This document shows, one piece after another, positions 1 through 9,815 of a stretch of 64,000 bases of DNA. The number at the start of each line of letters is the position of its first letter. Position 1 is the first letter of the stretch. The position numbers and the translations under genes are program-made. The stretch is from an uncultured delta proteobacterium (lineage in GTDB: Bacteria; Desulfobacterota; Desulfobacteria; Desulfobacterales; JAFDCJ01): the NCBI GenBank assembly GCA_963769935.1, contig CAVYNY010000009.1, forward strand, positions 128,001 to 192,000. Direction: 5' to 3'. The notes below the pieces were generated by a model, which did not search any database, was not told where the DNA came from, and was given only the letters and a program-made list of their open reading frames with translations.

Positions 1-912
1 TCGGATCAACTCCGCCCTGCCGCCAAGTCTGGGCTGCACTTCATGCTCAAACGAGCTGTCCAGAAATAAGAGAAGAGAGATGTAGGATAGCAGCGGCGAA
101 ATCACTACAACTTGGGGAGTTCAAAGACGAGGATAGAGCATCTGACTATCTTCCATTACGAAGGCTTTAAGACACTTGCGCAACATCGGATAGATCACAA
201 CGTCTAGCACGAGCTTGCTTACAAATAGACGCACGTGCTGATGGCTCACCGTGTCGAAGTAGCTCTTGATGTCTACTTCCACACGCAACACTGTGTACAC
301 ATGCGCATGACTGCTAGACAAAGATTATATAAGGCCTGGTGACTGCTGCGACGAGACAGAAAGACATACGAACAATCTAAAAAGTACTGCTAGTATATAG
401 GCGTCAACAGCATCAACACGGCTCGCTGAAGCACTTTGTCTTCCAACGTCGGTATGCTTATCGGTCGCTAGGCTTTACTCTAGGCTTCCTTTGGTATATA
501 TACGAGACGCACTGCTGGCGCACGGTAATTGACTGACTTGAACTGCTACAACAATGATGCCAGATTGGTCTCCAAATCTTGCTCATACTCGGTGGCCGTC
601 CTTGATAGACGCGAGCCGCTCCATCCTTCCGCGTGCGCCGGTATGACTCGAGAAGACAGTGCATGTACACATGGTACGACAGCGTTGTGAGCACCGACTG
701 CGGCATCTGCTCCGCAAGTTGCGCTATCTGTTGCTGTTTCGTGTACACACTCACAGATCGCAACGTATCCTCCGTGTTGCCCACCAACGGCTCCATGCCC
801 CGGCACGGCCCTTTCCTCGGCCGGCTCTCCCCGGGTCGGATTCACCGGCTCCCTCGGTACGATGACCGTGCTAAGACTCCCTGCCGTCATCCCCATGGGC
901 TTCGTCGACTCC
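1..912 (-). mobile_element. Degenerate, 5'-truncated group II intron (domain II/III-like RNA segment plus RT ORF pseudogene), runs off window start
   Basis: Minus-strand frames give RT motifs LTTLSYH..YRRTRKDGA, IPTLEDKVLQRAV..PIY*QYFLDCSY, EVDIKSYFDTV and TPQ..ISPLL, with stops and frameshifts. 800-912 resembles intron DIII (GGAGTCTTAG..GTACCGAGGGAGCCGGTGAA..GAGGAAAGGG). No GTGCG 5' end or domain I is seen. Confidence 0.85.
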
Positions 913-1049
913 TAACCTTTAACCTTTATCTTTACCTTTATCCTTTAACCTTTATCCTTTATCCAACAGCATCTATCATCCAGAATCAACCATTCAACTA
1001 TGAACTATGAACTATGAGCTATGAGCTATGAACTATGAGCTATCAGCTC
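913..1049. repeat. Tandem heptamer arrays (CCTTTAW and ARCTATG)
   Basis: cctttaa-cctttat... and aactatg-aactatg-agctatg... read directly. Confidence 0.95.
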
Positions 1050-1940
1050 TCATACCGCCCGCTCCGGTTTGCCGAACAGGCCGTAAGGCTTTATCGACAG
1101 GACGATAACCAGCAAAATAAAGCCGTAGATATCCACAAAAGACGGGTGAATGAAGGCACTCCCCAGACTCTCTGCGATACCCAGTGAAAGACCGGCAACC
1201 AGAATACCCGGTATGGACCCCAGACCGGCGATAACAATTATTTCAAATCCACGAACCGTCGGAGCCGCGCCGCACAGCGGGTATACCAGAAAAATCGGGG
1301 CCAGCAGCGCACCGCCGGCGCCTGCCAAGGCGGTCCCCAGCCCGAAGGCCAGAGTATCGTATTTGAGCACATTGACCCCGGCGGTTTGAACGCCGGGCCG
1401 GTTTTGCGCAACTCCCTGAAAAGCTTTGCCGGCCCAGGTCTTTTTGATGAAATAGTAAAATGCCCCCAGCATGACTAGGGAGCCGATCAGCGCGATCAGG
1501 CGATTTCCGCTGATGGGCAGCGTCAGCAGCTGGGTCGGACCGGCGTAATCGGGCGGTGTATAAATATAGGGACCGCCGATAAGCACCGCCATGTTGCGCA
1601 GGAAGATCGCCAGGGAAATGGTAACAATTGTCGCATATTCCATTTTGGCTTCAATAATACCGACGAACATCGGCTTGATCAGTATCCGTTGGACCACGGC
1701 ACCGAAAATGAAAACAACAAAAGCCGCGATGACAATTCCGACAAACCAGAGATTCGGACCGAGGATGTAAGTCAGCAGCAAATATTGGACATAGGCCCCG
1801 ATCATGAAGAATTCGCCCATGGACCAGTTGATCACTTTCATGATACCGTAAATGAAATTGATCCCCATGGACATCAGGCAGTACAGGACCCCCATGATGA
1901 TCCCTGAAATTAAAAACTGGCTGAAGAGATGCAGGTCGAT
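1050..1940 (-). CDS. livH: Branched-chain amino acid ABC transporter permease (LivH family)
   Basis: LivH-type N-terminus (SQFLISGIIMGVLYCL..GINFIYG..INWSMGEF) and C-terminal KPYGLFG. Homology and the SD extend to an ATC at 1940; the first ATG is at 1895. Confidence 0.85.
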   Translation of the reverse strand: MDLHLFSQFLISGIIMGVLYCLMSMGINFIYGIMKVINWSMGEFFMIGAYVQYLLLTYILGPNLWFVGIVIAAFVVFIFGAVVQRILIKPMFVGIIEAKMEYATIVTISLAIFLRNMAVLIGGPYIYTPPDYAGPTQLLTLPISGNRLIALIGSLVMLGAFYYFIKKTWAGKAFQGVAQNRPGVQTAGVNVLKYDTLAFGLGTALAGAGGALLAPIFLVYPLCGAAPTVRGFEIIVIAGLGSIPGILVAGLSLGIAESLGSAFIHPSFVDIYGFILLVIVLSIKPYGLFGKPERAV

Positions 1941-1975
1941 GGCCCTATCCTCCTTTCACGGTTAAGTTTAGGCTT

Positions 1976-3544
1976 TCAACGTCTTATTCGATAGCCCGAC
2001 TTCTCAAGGTCCCAGCAATCCATAATATCCCTGGAAAGCTTATCTTTTGCAATTCGCTGGGTAGGCGTTTTTTCAAAATCTTCAATAAATGCTATGTAGC
2101 GCGGTATCTGGTAATAGGCCATCCGCGGCTCACACCACTTAATAAAATCAAGAGGGTCAAGCCTGACGCCGGACGCACATTTTATGAAAACCTTTAAATC
2201 CTGTTCACCGACTTCTGCCGCCACACCGACGACGGCGCTTTCCTGAATGTCCGGGTGCGCGTTGATGATATGCTCGACTTCCCAGGCCGATATGTTTTCG
2301 CCGCGGCGACGGAAACTGTCTTTCTTGCGTCCCAGGTAGTAATAATCGCCCTCAGCGTCGCAGCAGGCCAGATCGCCGGTGTAAAGCCAGCCGTCTCGCA
2401 GCTCGGCTCCGGTCCCCGCCGAATTCTCCAGATAGCCCTGCATGATCAGGCCGGGCTCTTGTTCCCGCACGCAGATTTCGCCGCTTTGACCGGCCTCGAC
2501 CGGCTGTCCGTTGTCATCGACAATCCGCAGCTCAAAATACGGGTAGGGCTTGCCGATTGATCCCACCTTACCCGTTCGGTTCAGAGTGGTAAAACAGGAG
2601 GCTTCGGTCATACCATAGACTTCGCGAATTTCGACCCCGAAACGCTGTTCAAAGGCCTTCCACGTGCCCTTGGTACAGCCTGCACCAAATGCGATCCGCA
2701 CGTTGTGATCCCTGTCATACGGACCGGGGGGCTGCTTCAGCAATATATCGAGAATACCGCCGAGATAATGCAGCTTGGTGACCTGATATTTTCTCATCTG
2801 CTCCCAAAACCGGGAGGCGCTGAAGCGCGGCACGATTGCCAGTTTAACGGGTTCCAGCAGGGCCAGCACGCACATCTGGGCACCACTGGTGTGGTAAACA
2901 GGCTCCCACAGTAAAAAGACGTCACCCGGACGAACATCGGCCGCCCGGCCGGCAGCAGCCGCGCAAGTTGTCAACATCTTTTCGGTCAAAGGGGCACCTT
3001 TGGGCGGCCCTGTCGTACCCGACGTAAAAAAAACAGCGCGAACTTCATCCATCGTTGCGGCCGCGCGCAGCGGTGCGCCGCTCCCTTCGGCAACCAAGGC
3101 AAAATCGTACCCATCGGCTGGTTCCGCCGGGGCTCCCGGGTTGCGAATGACCAGGGTATCGAACGTATTAGCTGCTGGAAGAGACTTCAAATGCGGCCAG
3201 AATTGTGCATCCGCAATTACAATGCGGGGTGCTGACTGCTTAAAAATAAACTCCAGACCTGCGCCGCGCAGGTTGGTATTGACCGGCACCCAAACAGCCC
3301 CCAGTTTTGCCAGCGCAAAAAACGTAAAAATGTGATCCGGGTGATTGGTGAAGATGACGGCCACCCGTTGACCCGCCGCAACACCGAGTTTCGCCAATCC
3401 ATTCGCCAGACTGTTTACACGGGATTCCAGAGTCCTGAATGTAATTTCGCCGTCGTCATGGATACCGAAGACATCGTCGGGCGTCTGCCGGGCGCGGAGC
3501 TCCAACAGCTCGGCTATGGTTTTTTCAAATGCCATTGGTACCAA
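1976..3544 (-). CDS. ATP-dependent acyl-CoA ligase, CaiC (crotonobetaine/carnitine-CoA ligase)-like
   Basis: AMP-binding FTSGTTGPPKG, YGMTE, GWLYTGDL, RRRGENIS and KTPTQRI motifs. Confidence 0.9.
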   Translation of the reverse strand: MVPMAFEKTIAELLELRARQTPDDVFGIHDDGEITFRTLESRVNSLANGLAKLGVAAGQRVAVIFTNHPDHIFTFFALAKLGAVWVPVNTNLRGAGLEFIFKQSAPRIVIADAQFWPHLKSLPAANTFDTLVIRNPGAPAEPADGYDFALVAEGSGAPLRAAATMDEVRAVFFTSGTTGPPKGAPLTEKMLTTCAAAAGRAADVRPGDVFLLWEPVYHTSGAQMCVLALLEPVKLAIVPRFSASRFWEQMRKYQVTKLHYLGGILDILLKQPPGPYDRDHNVRIAFGAGCTKGTWKAFEQRFGVEIREVYGMTEASCFTTLNRTGKVGSIGKPYPYFELRIVDDNGQPVEAGQSGEICVREQEPGLIMQGYLENSAGTGAELRDGWLYTGDLACCDAEGDYYYLGRKKDSFRRRGENISAWEVEHIINAHPDIQESAVVGVAAEVGEQDLKVFIKCASGVRLDPLDFIKWCEPRMAYYQIPRYIAFIEDFEKTPTQRIAKDKLSRDIMDCWDLEKSGYRIRR

Positions 3545-3548
3545 AGAA

Positions 3549-3596
3549 TATGGTTGATTAAGTTGATTGGGTTGATTAAGTTGATCACGTTGACTT
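3549..3596. repeat. 9-mer tandem array (GTTGATTAA/GTTGATTGG)
   Basis: Direct reading immediately upstream of the ligase start. Confidence 0.9.
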
Positions 3597-3710
3597 GAAT
3601 AAGGTCAGTTATACATAAGGACATAAATCATTATTACTCATTGGTCGATATGGGCTATAAGGGATTTCCTCTTCGATAAAACCGGCCGCTCCATCGTTAG
3701 CGGCGGCGCT

Positions 3711-3973
3711 GACACCTCATATGAAACTACATCTCACACAGAGCGCTCAGAGATCACAGAGGTCTGGGTTTACAGGCGCCTGCGGCGAAAGAAAAATGTT
3801 CTCTGCGGTCTCTGTGAGCTCTAACGGCTTGTCGGGTCGTAGCTCGAAGAGCGAAGCCTGAAAGTGGGCGTGATATTAAATCCAACTGTGTCCGATTTCC
3901 AAAAGTTTCTTTTATGATCAGACCGGCCGTTGTTTTGGCCGGCGGCGGCGCTGACACCTGAACACTGAAACCT
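3711..3973. repeat. MITE/REP-like element family A, copy 1
   Basis: 3904-3973 is the near-exact reverse complement of 30934-31002, and 3711-3729 is the reverse complement of 31153-31171. Confidence 0.9.
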
Positions 3974-3996
3974 ATATTCCTCCTGGCTCAATCAAC

Positions 3997-4779
3997 CTAA
4001 TCAACTGGATTTTTCCTTCCGGCGGCGTGCTCCTGAAGAAATTTTTCCATAGTTGCCTGGGGCTCTCCGGTTGCATAGGATTCATGATGGTACCTTACAG
4101 CGGCGTCCAGGGCCTCCTGAAAACCGGCTTCCGTCACCTCACGGAACCGCTGTTTATCCAGCCGCATGGCCACCGGCGGTTTTGACGCCAGCATCCCGGC
4201 GGTGCGGATGGCTTCGTTCATCAATTCCTCCCGGGGAACCAGCTTGTGAATCAACCCGATATGCAGGCATTCTTCCGCCGCCATCATCCGCCCGGTCAGG
4301 GTAAGCTCGATGGTTCGGGAAAGGCCCAGCATTTCCCTCATAATCCACGGGCCGGTGATACTCAAAATACCGGAGTTGATTTCGGGCTGGCCCATGGTAA
4401 CCTCCGGGTGTCCGATGCGGACATCGGCCAGCAGCGCCACTTGAAATCCGGACCCCGCTGCAACTCCGTTCAAGGCTGCAATCAACGGTATGGTCAAACT
4501 GCGAATCAAACCATACAGACTGCGCCATTCTTCAATCCAGCGTTCTGCACCCTGAGGATCGAAGGTTTTAGCCTCTCCGAAATCCTGGCCGGCACAAAAC
4601 GCACGGTCGCCGGTGCCGGTAAGAATAATGGCCCGAATGGCCTCATCTTTGTCATAATGTTCAAGCGCCTGCGCTATTTCGTCTCGCATCGGCTTGTGCC
4701 AGGCATTCAAGACATCGGGCCGATTCAGCGCGATAATCCCGATGTTACCTATTTCTTCAGTCTTAATAGATTCGAACAT
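3997..4779 (-). CDS. Enoyl-CoA hydratase/isomerase (crotonase) family protein
   Basis: LNRP..LNA, AFCAGQD, AALNGVAAGSG and QPEINSG motifs. Confidence 0.92.
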   Translation of the reverse strand: MFESIKTEEIGNIGIIALNRPDVLNAWHKPMRDEIAQALEHYDKDEAIRAIILTGTGDRAFCAGQDFGEAKTFDPQGAERWIEEWRSLYGLIRSLTIPLIAALNGVAAGSGFQVALLADVRIGHPEVTMGQPEINSGILSITGPWIMREMLGLSRTIELTLTGRMMAAEECLHIGLIHKLVPREELMNEAIRTAGMLASKPPVAMRLDKQRFREVTEAGFQEALDAAVRYHHESYATGEPQATMEKFLQEHAAGRKNPVD

Positions 4780-5076
4780 TTCGATGGAGTTCTCCTTTAG
4801 TTGCCGATTCGGATTGCCGGTCAGCGAGCATGATGATAATTAATAAGTATGATAGAAGTCAGTTGTATGTTGTCGGTTTTGCGTTAAGAAGAATTGGGAG
4901 CCTTATCTTCCGGCGCTCCTCTGAGAAAAATGCTGTTATAATGTGATCCGTTTTTAACGCTAAACAACAAGCCACACACAACAAACCACCTGAACCCTGA
5001 TCGAGCCTGAAGACTCGATCAGGGTGTTATTTATGCAGTTCTCTCAAAGGTGCGTCACTTGCCAGCTGGAAATCGA

Positions 5077-6303
5077 TCAGGGCCCGGCAATTTTGCCGTC
5101 TCCGCCGAATTGCGGCGGATATACCAGATGTGACTCGGTAAACGGCTGCCGCACCTCCGTTTCCTGGAGGATCAGATGCGGCGGCGACACATTGTGCCAT
5201 TTCAGACCCTGCGGCTCCTCAAATTTCACGTTTCCGCTCCAGTCCTGATAGGTATTGCCGACCAGCGCCTTTTGCAAGGCCTTGGGATCGTCGGACTGGG
5301 CCTTGTCGAGCGCCTGGGCGATGACGACCAGTTCGCCGAAGACGTTGAGCGCGTAAAAAGTCGGGTCTTCATCATGAGCGGCTTTATATTTGGCCGCCAT
5401 CCAGTTGCCGGATTCCGACATCAGCATGCCGGGCTTGTAGTAGGAGGTGTACATGACCCACTTGCCTTTATCCCCCACAGCATCCCAGTATTCAGGGCGC
5501 ACCGGCCAGGCAAACGAACCGAGCATTTTGACCTGCGGGAAAAGCCCGATATCATAGGCCTGTTTAACCATCAGATAAGCCGGAGGCCCCACACCTATAT
5601 TCACGATCAGGTCCGGTTTCCAGGCTTTGGTCTCCAGCAGCATCGGGGTCATATCCGTGATGGTCCGCGGAAAAATGATGGACTTGATTTCCAGGCCGGC
5701 ATCCTTGCCGTAATCTTTTACATAGGTTTCAAAGCCGGTGCCGTAGTCCGTATCTTCGGCAATAACGGCCACCCGTTTAAAATTCATGGCCTTGGCGAAA
5801 TCAATCCAGAATTTGGCCCGATCGGGCGTCAATGACATGATGCTGAATATATAGGGATTCTGGGACTCGGTGATTTTAGGGCTGGACGCACCCGATGAAA
5901 ACAGGGGTACCTGAAGGTCTTGGGAAACTTTGTTCACCGCCAGACAAACAGAGCTGTGATATTGCCCCACGACCGCCACCACACCGTCTTTCTGAACCAG
6001 CTTGCGAAATCCCGCAATGCCATCGGCCGGGGTTCCGGCATCATCTTCCACCACCAGTTCCACGGTCCTGCCGCCCAAAACGCCGCCCATCTCCTTGTTG
6101 ATATATTCAATTGCCAGTTCCGCGCCCCAGCGCATTCGTTTGCCGGCGGCCGGATCACCCGGCGGCGAAAACGGCGATAGGAGACCCAGTTTCACGGAAT
6201 CCTTGGCAGCCGCCGGTGATGGCCCCAACCCCCATAGTACGACCACCAACGCCATTACCGAGATGAGACCAAACGATAATTGTTTACGGCTAAAGATTTT
6301 CAT
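5077..6303 (-). CDS. Branched-chain amino acid-type ABC transporter substrate-binding protein (LivK/PBP6 family)
   Basis: Signal peptide; INKEMGGVLGGR..ELVVEDD and VVGQYHSSV motifs; SD AGGAGG. Confidence 0.9.
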   Translation of the reverse strand: MKIFSRKQLSFGLISVMALVVVLWGLGPSPAAAKDSVKLGLLSPFSPPGDPAAGKRMRWGAELAIEYINKEMGGVLGGRTVELVVEDDAGTPADGIAGFRKLVQKDGVVAVVGQYHSSVCLAVNKVSQDLQVPLFSSGASSPKITESQNPYIFSIMSLTPDRAKFWIDFAKAMNFKRVAVIAEDTDYGTGFETYVKDYGKDAGLEIKSIIFPRTITDMTPMLLETKAWKPDLIVNIGVGPPAYLMVKQAYDIGLFPQVKMLGSFAWPVRPEYWDAVGDKGKWVMYTSYYKPGMLMSESGNWMAAKYKAAHDEDPTFYALNVFGELVVIAQALDKAQSDDPKALQKALVGNTYQDWSGNVKFEEPQGLKWHNVSPPHLILQETEVRQPFTESHLVYPPQFGGDGKIAGP

Positions 6304-6352
6304 CAGTAATACCCTCCTTTCTTTTGATTAGTGAACTCAATCAACCCATCAA

Positions 6353-7102
6353 CTAATCACCCAAAATCCGCCGCGGCATAATACCCTTGTATTCTATTCT
6401 TACCAGAGTTTCATAAACCATATTGGTCAGCGTGACAATATCAAAAACCGGAACGTGAATCTTTTCCTGAATCAGGCGGGCAAACGGGGGCAAATCCGTG
6501 CATTCAATCACCAGTGCGCCCATCTCAGGATGATCCCCGGCCAAGCCTTCCACCACGGCCAGCACTTCCTCCGCCAGACGCGCCACATCCAGCTCCCGGC
6601 GCCGGCCCTCGATGACGACTTCACAGAATTCTTGCCGGTCATCCATGCCGGCCACACAAACCGGCACCGCCTCCGCTCCGACCGCTTTAAGGTGCGCTGC
6701 GGTAAGCGTGCCTTTGCTGGCGGTTAAAATTCCCACTTTTTGGTTCCGGCGGAGCATACGATAGACCATGGGAATTTGAATCAGGCTGGAAGTAAAGACC
6801 GGGATGTCGACCGAATCGGCGAGTTCATCCTGAAACAGCGCCAGAAACCCGCAGCTTCCGGTGATAGCCATCACCCCTTCCTGTTCGAGGTCCTGCGCGG
6901 CTTTGATGAACGGATTTAATAGTTCCGGGTCGGCTTCTTTGACAACCCGCCTGGCCGTGGCACCTTGGACGATGCGGTACATGACCGGAAACCGGAAGGT
7001 GGATGCGTTGCGGATGTGACCGGGGGGCCGGCCGTAGTAAGTTTCCAGGCAGAGGATGCCGATGGGTATGCCGCATAAATTGGTTCCGCCTTTTAAGATC
7101 AT
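6353..7102 (-). CDS. Aspartate/glutamate/hydantoin racemase family protein
   Basis: Two Cys motifs AITGSCGF and LVIECTDLPP; ATG at 7102 with SD AGGAG. Confidence 0.85.
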   Translation of the reverse strand: MILKGGTNLCGIPIGILCLETYYGRPPGHIRNASTFRFPVMYRIVQGATARRVVKEADPELLNPFIKAAQDLEQEGVMAITGSCGFLALFQDELADSVDIPVFTSSLIQIPMVYRMLRRNQKVGILTASKGTLTAAHLKAVGAEAVPVCVAGMDDRQEFCEVVIEGRRRELDVARLAEEVLAVVEGLAGDHPEMGALVIECTDLPPFARLIQEKIHVPVFDIVTLTNMVYETLVRIEYKGIMPRRILGD

Positions 7103-7187
7103 CGTTTCAGCTCCTATGTCAAAAACTCCAAAATAACCCCACAAAAAATTCCAAGCCAGTTGCATCAATTTTCAGACCCCAGCCAAA

Positions 7188-7643
7188 TCAGGCGGCCTGC
7201 AGCTCAGATGTACAAAACGGGCAGCGCGTGGCCTTGATCGGTATGGTTGAAAAACAATGGGCGCACTCTTTCGTGGTTGGTTCGGCCGCAGGGACCGGCT
7301 TTTCGCGCTTGAGCTTGTTGAGCCCCCGGATCAAGAAAAAGATGGCAAAGGCGACGATCAGAAAATTTATGACGGTGTTGATGAACAGGCCATAGTTGAT
7401 CGTTACGGCCCCCGCTTTCTGAGCGTCGGCCAGAGCCAGAAACGGCCCCGGGGTGGTACCTTCCTTCAGAACGACGAAAAGATTGGAAAAATCTACGTTG
7501 CCCAGCAACAGGCCGATCGGCGGCATAATGATATCGGCCACTAGTGATTTTACGATCAGACCGAATGCCGCTCCGATAATGATGCCGACGGCCATGTCCA
7601 CGACGTTGCCTCTCATGGCAAATTCTTTGAATTCTTTAAACAT
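7188..7643 (-). CDS. mscL: Large-conductance mechanosensitive channel with C-terminal CxxC-CxxC zinc ribbon
   Basis: [28 protein letters not shown] signature; ATG at 7643 with SD AAGGAG. Confidence 0.96.
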   Translation of the reverse strand: MFKEFKEFAMRGNVVDMAVGIIIGAAFGLIVKSLVADIIMPPIGLLLGNVDFSNLFVVLKEGTTPGPFLALADAQKAGAVTINYGLFINTVINFLIVAFAIFFLIRGLNKLKREKPVPAAEPTTKECAHCFSTIPIKATRCPFCTSELQAA

Positions 7644-7732
7644 GACACTTATCTCCTTTCGTTTGCCTATGAAAAAAATGACCTCCAAATTACATCGATT
7701 CCTGCAAAATCAAGGCAGGCACAATGCGGCCG

Positions 7733-8413
7733 CTACAGCCCGTTCAGCATGATCCGGGCATCCGCCACCACGCACCGACTGGCGCTGCATTTAACGGGAT
7801 TGAGATCGATCGATGCCATATCATTTTCCAAATCCATGACCAGGTCTGAAAAAGCCAGCATCAGCCGGGTCAAAAGGGAAACGTTGATGGGTTCGGCGCC
7901 CCGGTAGCCCTGGAGCAGTTTGGCACCCTTGAGACCCGCCAGCATCGCCGGCACATCTTTTTCGGTAATAGGCGCCATGCGGATGCTCGTATCCTGGTAG
8001 ATTTCAACGCCGGTGCCGCCGATGCCCAGCAGAATTACGGGCCCGAACTGAAAGTCGACCTTGGCGCCGACGATCAATTCGCTGCCCGGCAGCACTTCTT
8101 CCACCAACAGCCCGGCAAATCCCGCCAGGGCTGAAAATTTTTCGAAAATACCCGTCAAACGGAACGCATCCGGTACACCGACGACCACCCCGCCCGCCTC
8201 CGATTTATGGAGGATTTGGGCCGAAACCACCTTGGCGACCACCGGCCAGCCGATCCGTTGGGCCGCAGCGACAGCTTCCGATGCAGTGGTCGTAAGCTCA
8301 TATTCCGGCACCGCTAAACCGGCCAGAGAAAGCAGCCGTTTGGCCTCGGACTCCAGGATCCAGCCGTCCTCCCGTCCGTTTTCAAGGATGGCACGCATGT
8401 CTGCGGTCAGCAT
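7733..8413 (-). CDS. ADP-forming acetate/acyl-CoA ligase, ATP-grasp (beta) subunit
   Basis: LESEAKRLL, GWPVVAKVVS..ILHKSEAGGV, FGPVILLGIGG and DLNPV motifs. Confidence 0.9.
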   Translation of the reverse strand: MLTADMRAILENGREDGWILESEAKRLLSLAGLAVPEYELTTTASEAVAAAQRIGWPVVAKVVSAQILHKSEAGGVVVGVPDAFRLTGIFEKFSALAGFAGLLVEEVLPGSELIVGAKVDFQFGPVILLGIGGTGVEIYQDTSIRMAPITEKDVPAMLAGLKGAKLLQGYRGAEPINVSLLTRLMLAFSDLVMDLENDMASIDLNPVKCSASRCVVADARIMLNGL

Positions 8414-9786
8414 GTCTTGTACCTCCGGATGGCCTCAACCATCAGAACCGCCCCTTCAATCGAAGAGGACACCGGCACGTTGTTCAGTTCGAAACCTTCG
8501 ATAAGCATGCGGTATTTTTCCTGGTGGGGTACGTAGGCCACCAGGGGTTTACCCTCCCGACGCAGCACATGGCTTAACCGTGCTCCCAGATCCATACTGA
8601 TTCCCGGTGAATATGGCAACAGCAGCAGGATCACGGCGTCGACTTCGGGCGAGGTGCTCAGACCGCCGGCGGCCGCCACAAAATCCTCGTCCACCGCACT
8701 GCCGGTAAGGTCAATGGGGTTTTCAAGGGAAGCAATCGACTGGATACTGGGCGACAGGTTTTCCCGGATCAGCCGGCGGGTCTGCTCGGATAAATTCGGC
8801 AGTGTAAGACCGTGGGCGATGCAGACATCGGACGCCAGAGCCCCGTGACCGCCGCTGACGGATATAATTCCCACCCTGCCGCTAACGGACGTCTGATAGC
8901 AGCTCAGGGCTTCGCAAAACGACACCATCTCGAACTCGTCCTGCGCTTCCACAATGCCGTACTGGGTCATGACCTCGGAAAATACCCGGTAGTCGCCGGC
9001 CAGCGAAGCCGTGTGGCTCGAGACGGCCCGGCGGCCTGCGACGGATTTACCGGCTTTGAGCATAATGATCGGCTTGCACAGCTGAGCTGCCTTCTGCACG
9101 AACCGGCGGCCTTCATTGCGTTTAAATCCTTCCAGATAAAACGCGATAACGCGCGTGGCGTCGTCTGCGGCCAGGTAATCGAGCAGATCCAGTTCCCGGA
9201 TCAGGGCTTTGTTGCCGATGCTTACCGCCAGGGAAAGGCCCACACCCTGTTCGGCAAATTTAACCATCTGATCCACCAGCACGCCGCCGCTCTGACTGAC
9301 CAAGGCCACGCTGCCGGTTTCGGGCCGGATCAGGCGCTCACCGGGCAGAAAGAAAGTGTCAAAGCGGGTGGGGGCATAGACGCCGAGACAGTTCGGACCG
9401 ATGAAGGGGAAATCCGCTGCCCGGGCCAGATCAACCAGTCGGTCCTGCAGGTCCTGCCGCCCGCTTTCGGCAAAACCGCCCGAAATGACGATCGCCCCGC
9501 CGACACCGTTTTGAATGCAGGCTTGCAAAATGTCAGGCACGAACTCGGCCCTGGCCGCCACCACCGCCAGGTCGATTTTGGCCGGTATGCGGGAGATATC
9601 CTCATAGACCCGGTCGCGCTGAAGGTCGCCGCCCTTGGGATTAACGGGATATACCTTGACCGGGTAGCGCAGAAGGATCTTATTGTAGATGACATTGGCC
9701 GGATGCCGGTCATTGGTCAAGGAAACGCCGATGACGGCGATGGTCCCGGGGTTAAAGAGGGGCCTGTAATCCAAATCGACCTCCAA
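8407..9786 (-). CDS. ADP-forming acetate/acyl-CoA ligase, CoA-binding (alpha) subunit
   Basis: YPVNPK, IGPNCLG, SQSG and phospho-His SHTASLAG motifs; overlaps the beta-subunit start. Confidence 0.9.
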   Translation of the reverse strand: MEVDLDYRPLFNPGTIAVIGVSLTNDRHPANVIYNKILLRYPVKVYPVNPKGGDLQRDRVYEDISRIPAKIDLAVVAARAEFVPDILQACIQNGVGGAIVISGGFAESGRQDLQDRLVDLARAADFPFIGPNCLGVYAPTRFDTFFLPGERLIRPETGSVALVSQSGGVLVDQMVKFAEQGVGLSLAVSIGNKALIRELDLLDYLAADDATRVIAFYLEGFKRNEGRRFVQKAAQLCKPIIMLKAGKSVAGRRAVSSHTASLAGDYRVFSEVMTQYGIVEAQDEFEMVSFCEALSCYQTSVSGRVGIISVSGGHGALASDVCIAHGLTLPNLSEQTRRLIRENLSPSIQSIASLENPIDLTGSAVDEDFVAAAGGLSTSPEVDAVILLLLPYSPGISMDLGARLSHVLRREGKPLVAYVPHQEKYRMLIEGFELNNVPVSSSIEGAVLMVEAIRRYKTC

Positions 9787-9815
9787 GCTAATTGGCAGTT
9801 ATTCGTTATTTGTTA

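Noticed and set aside
1..800. RT as a retron or DGR reverse transcriptase
   Set aside because: Motifs and the upstream domain III-like RNA fit a group II intron; no msr/msd or TR/VR pair is seen
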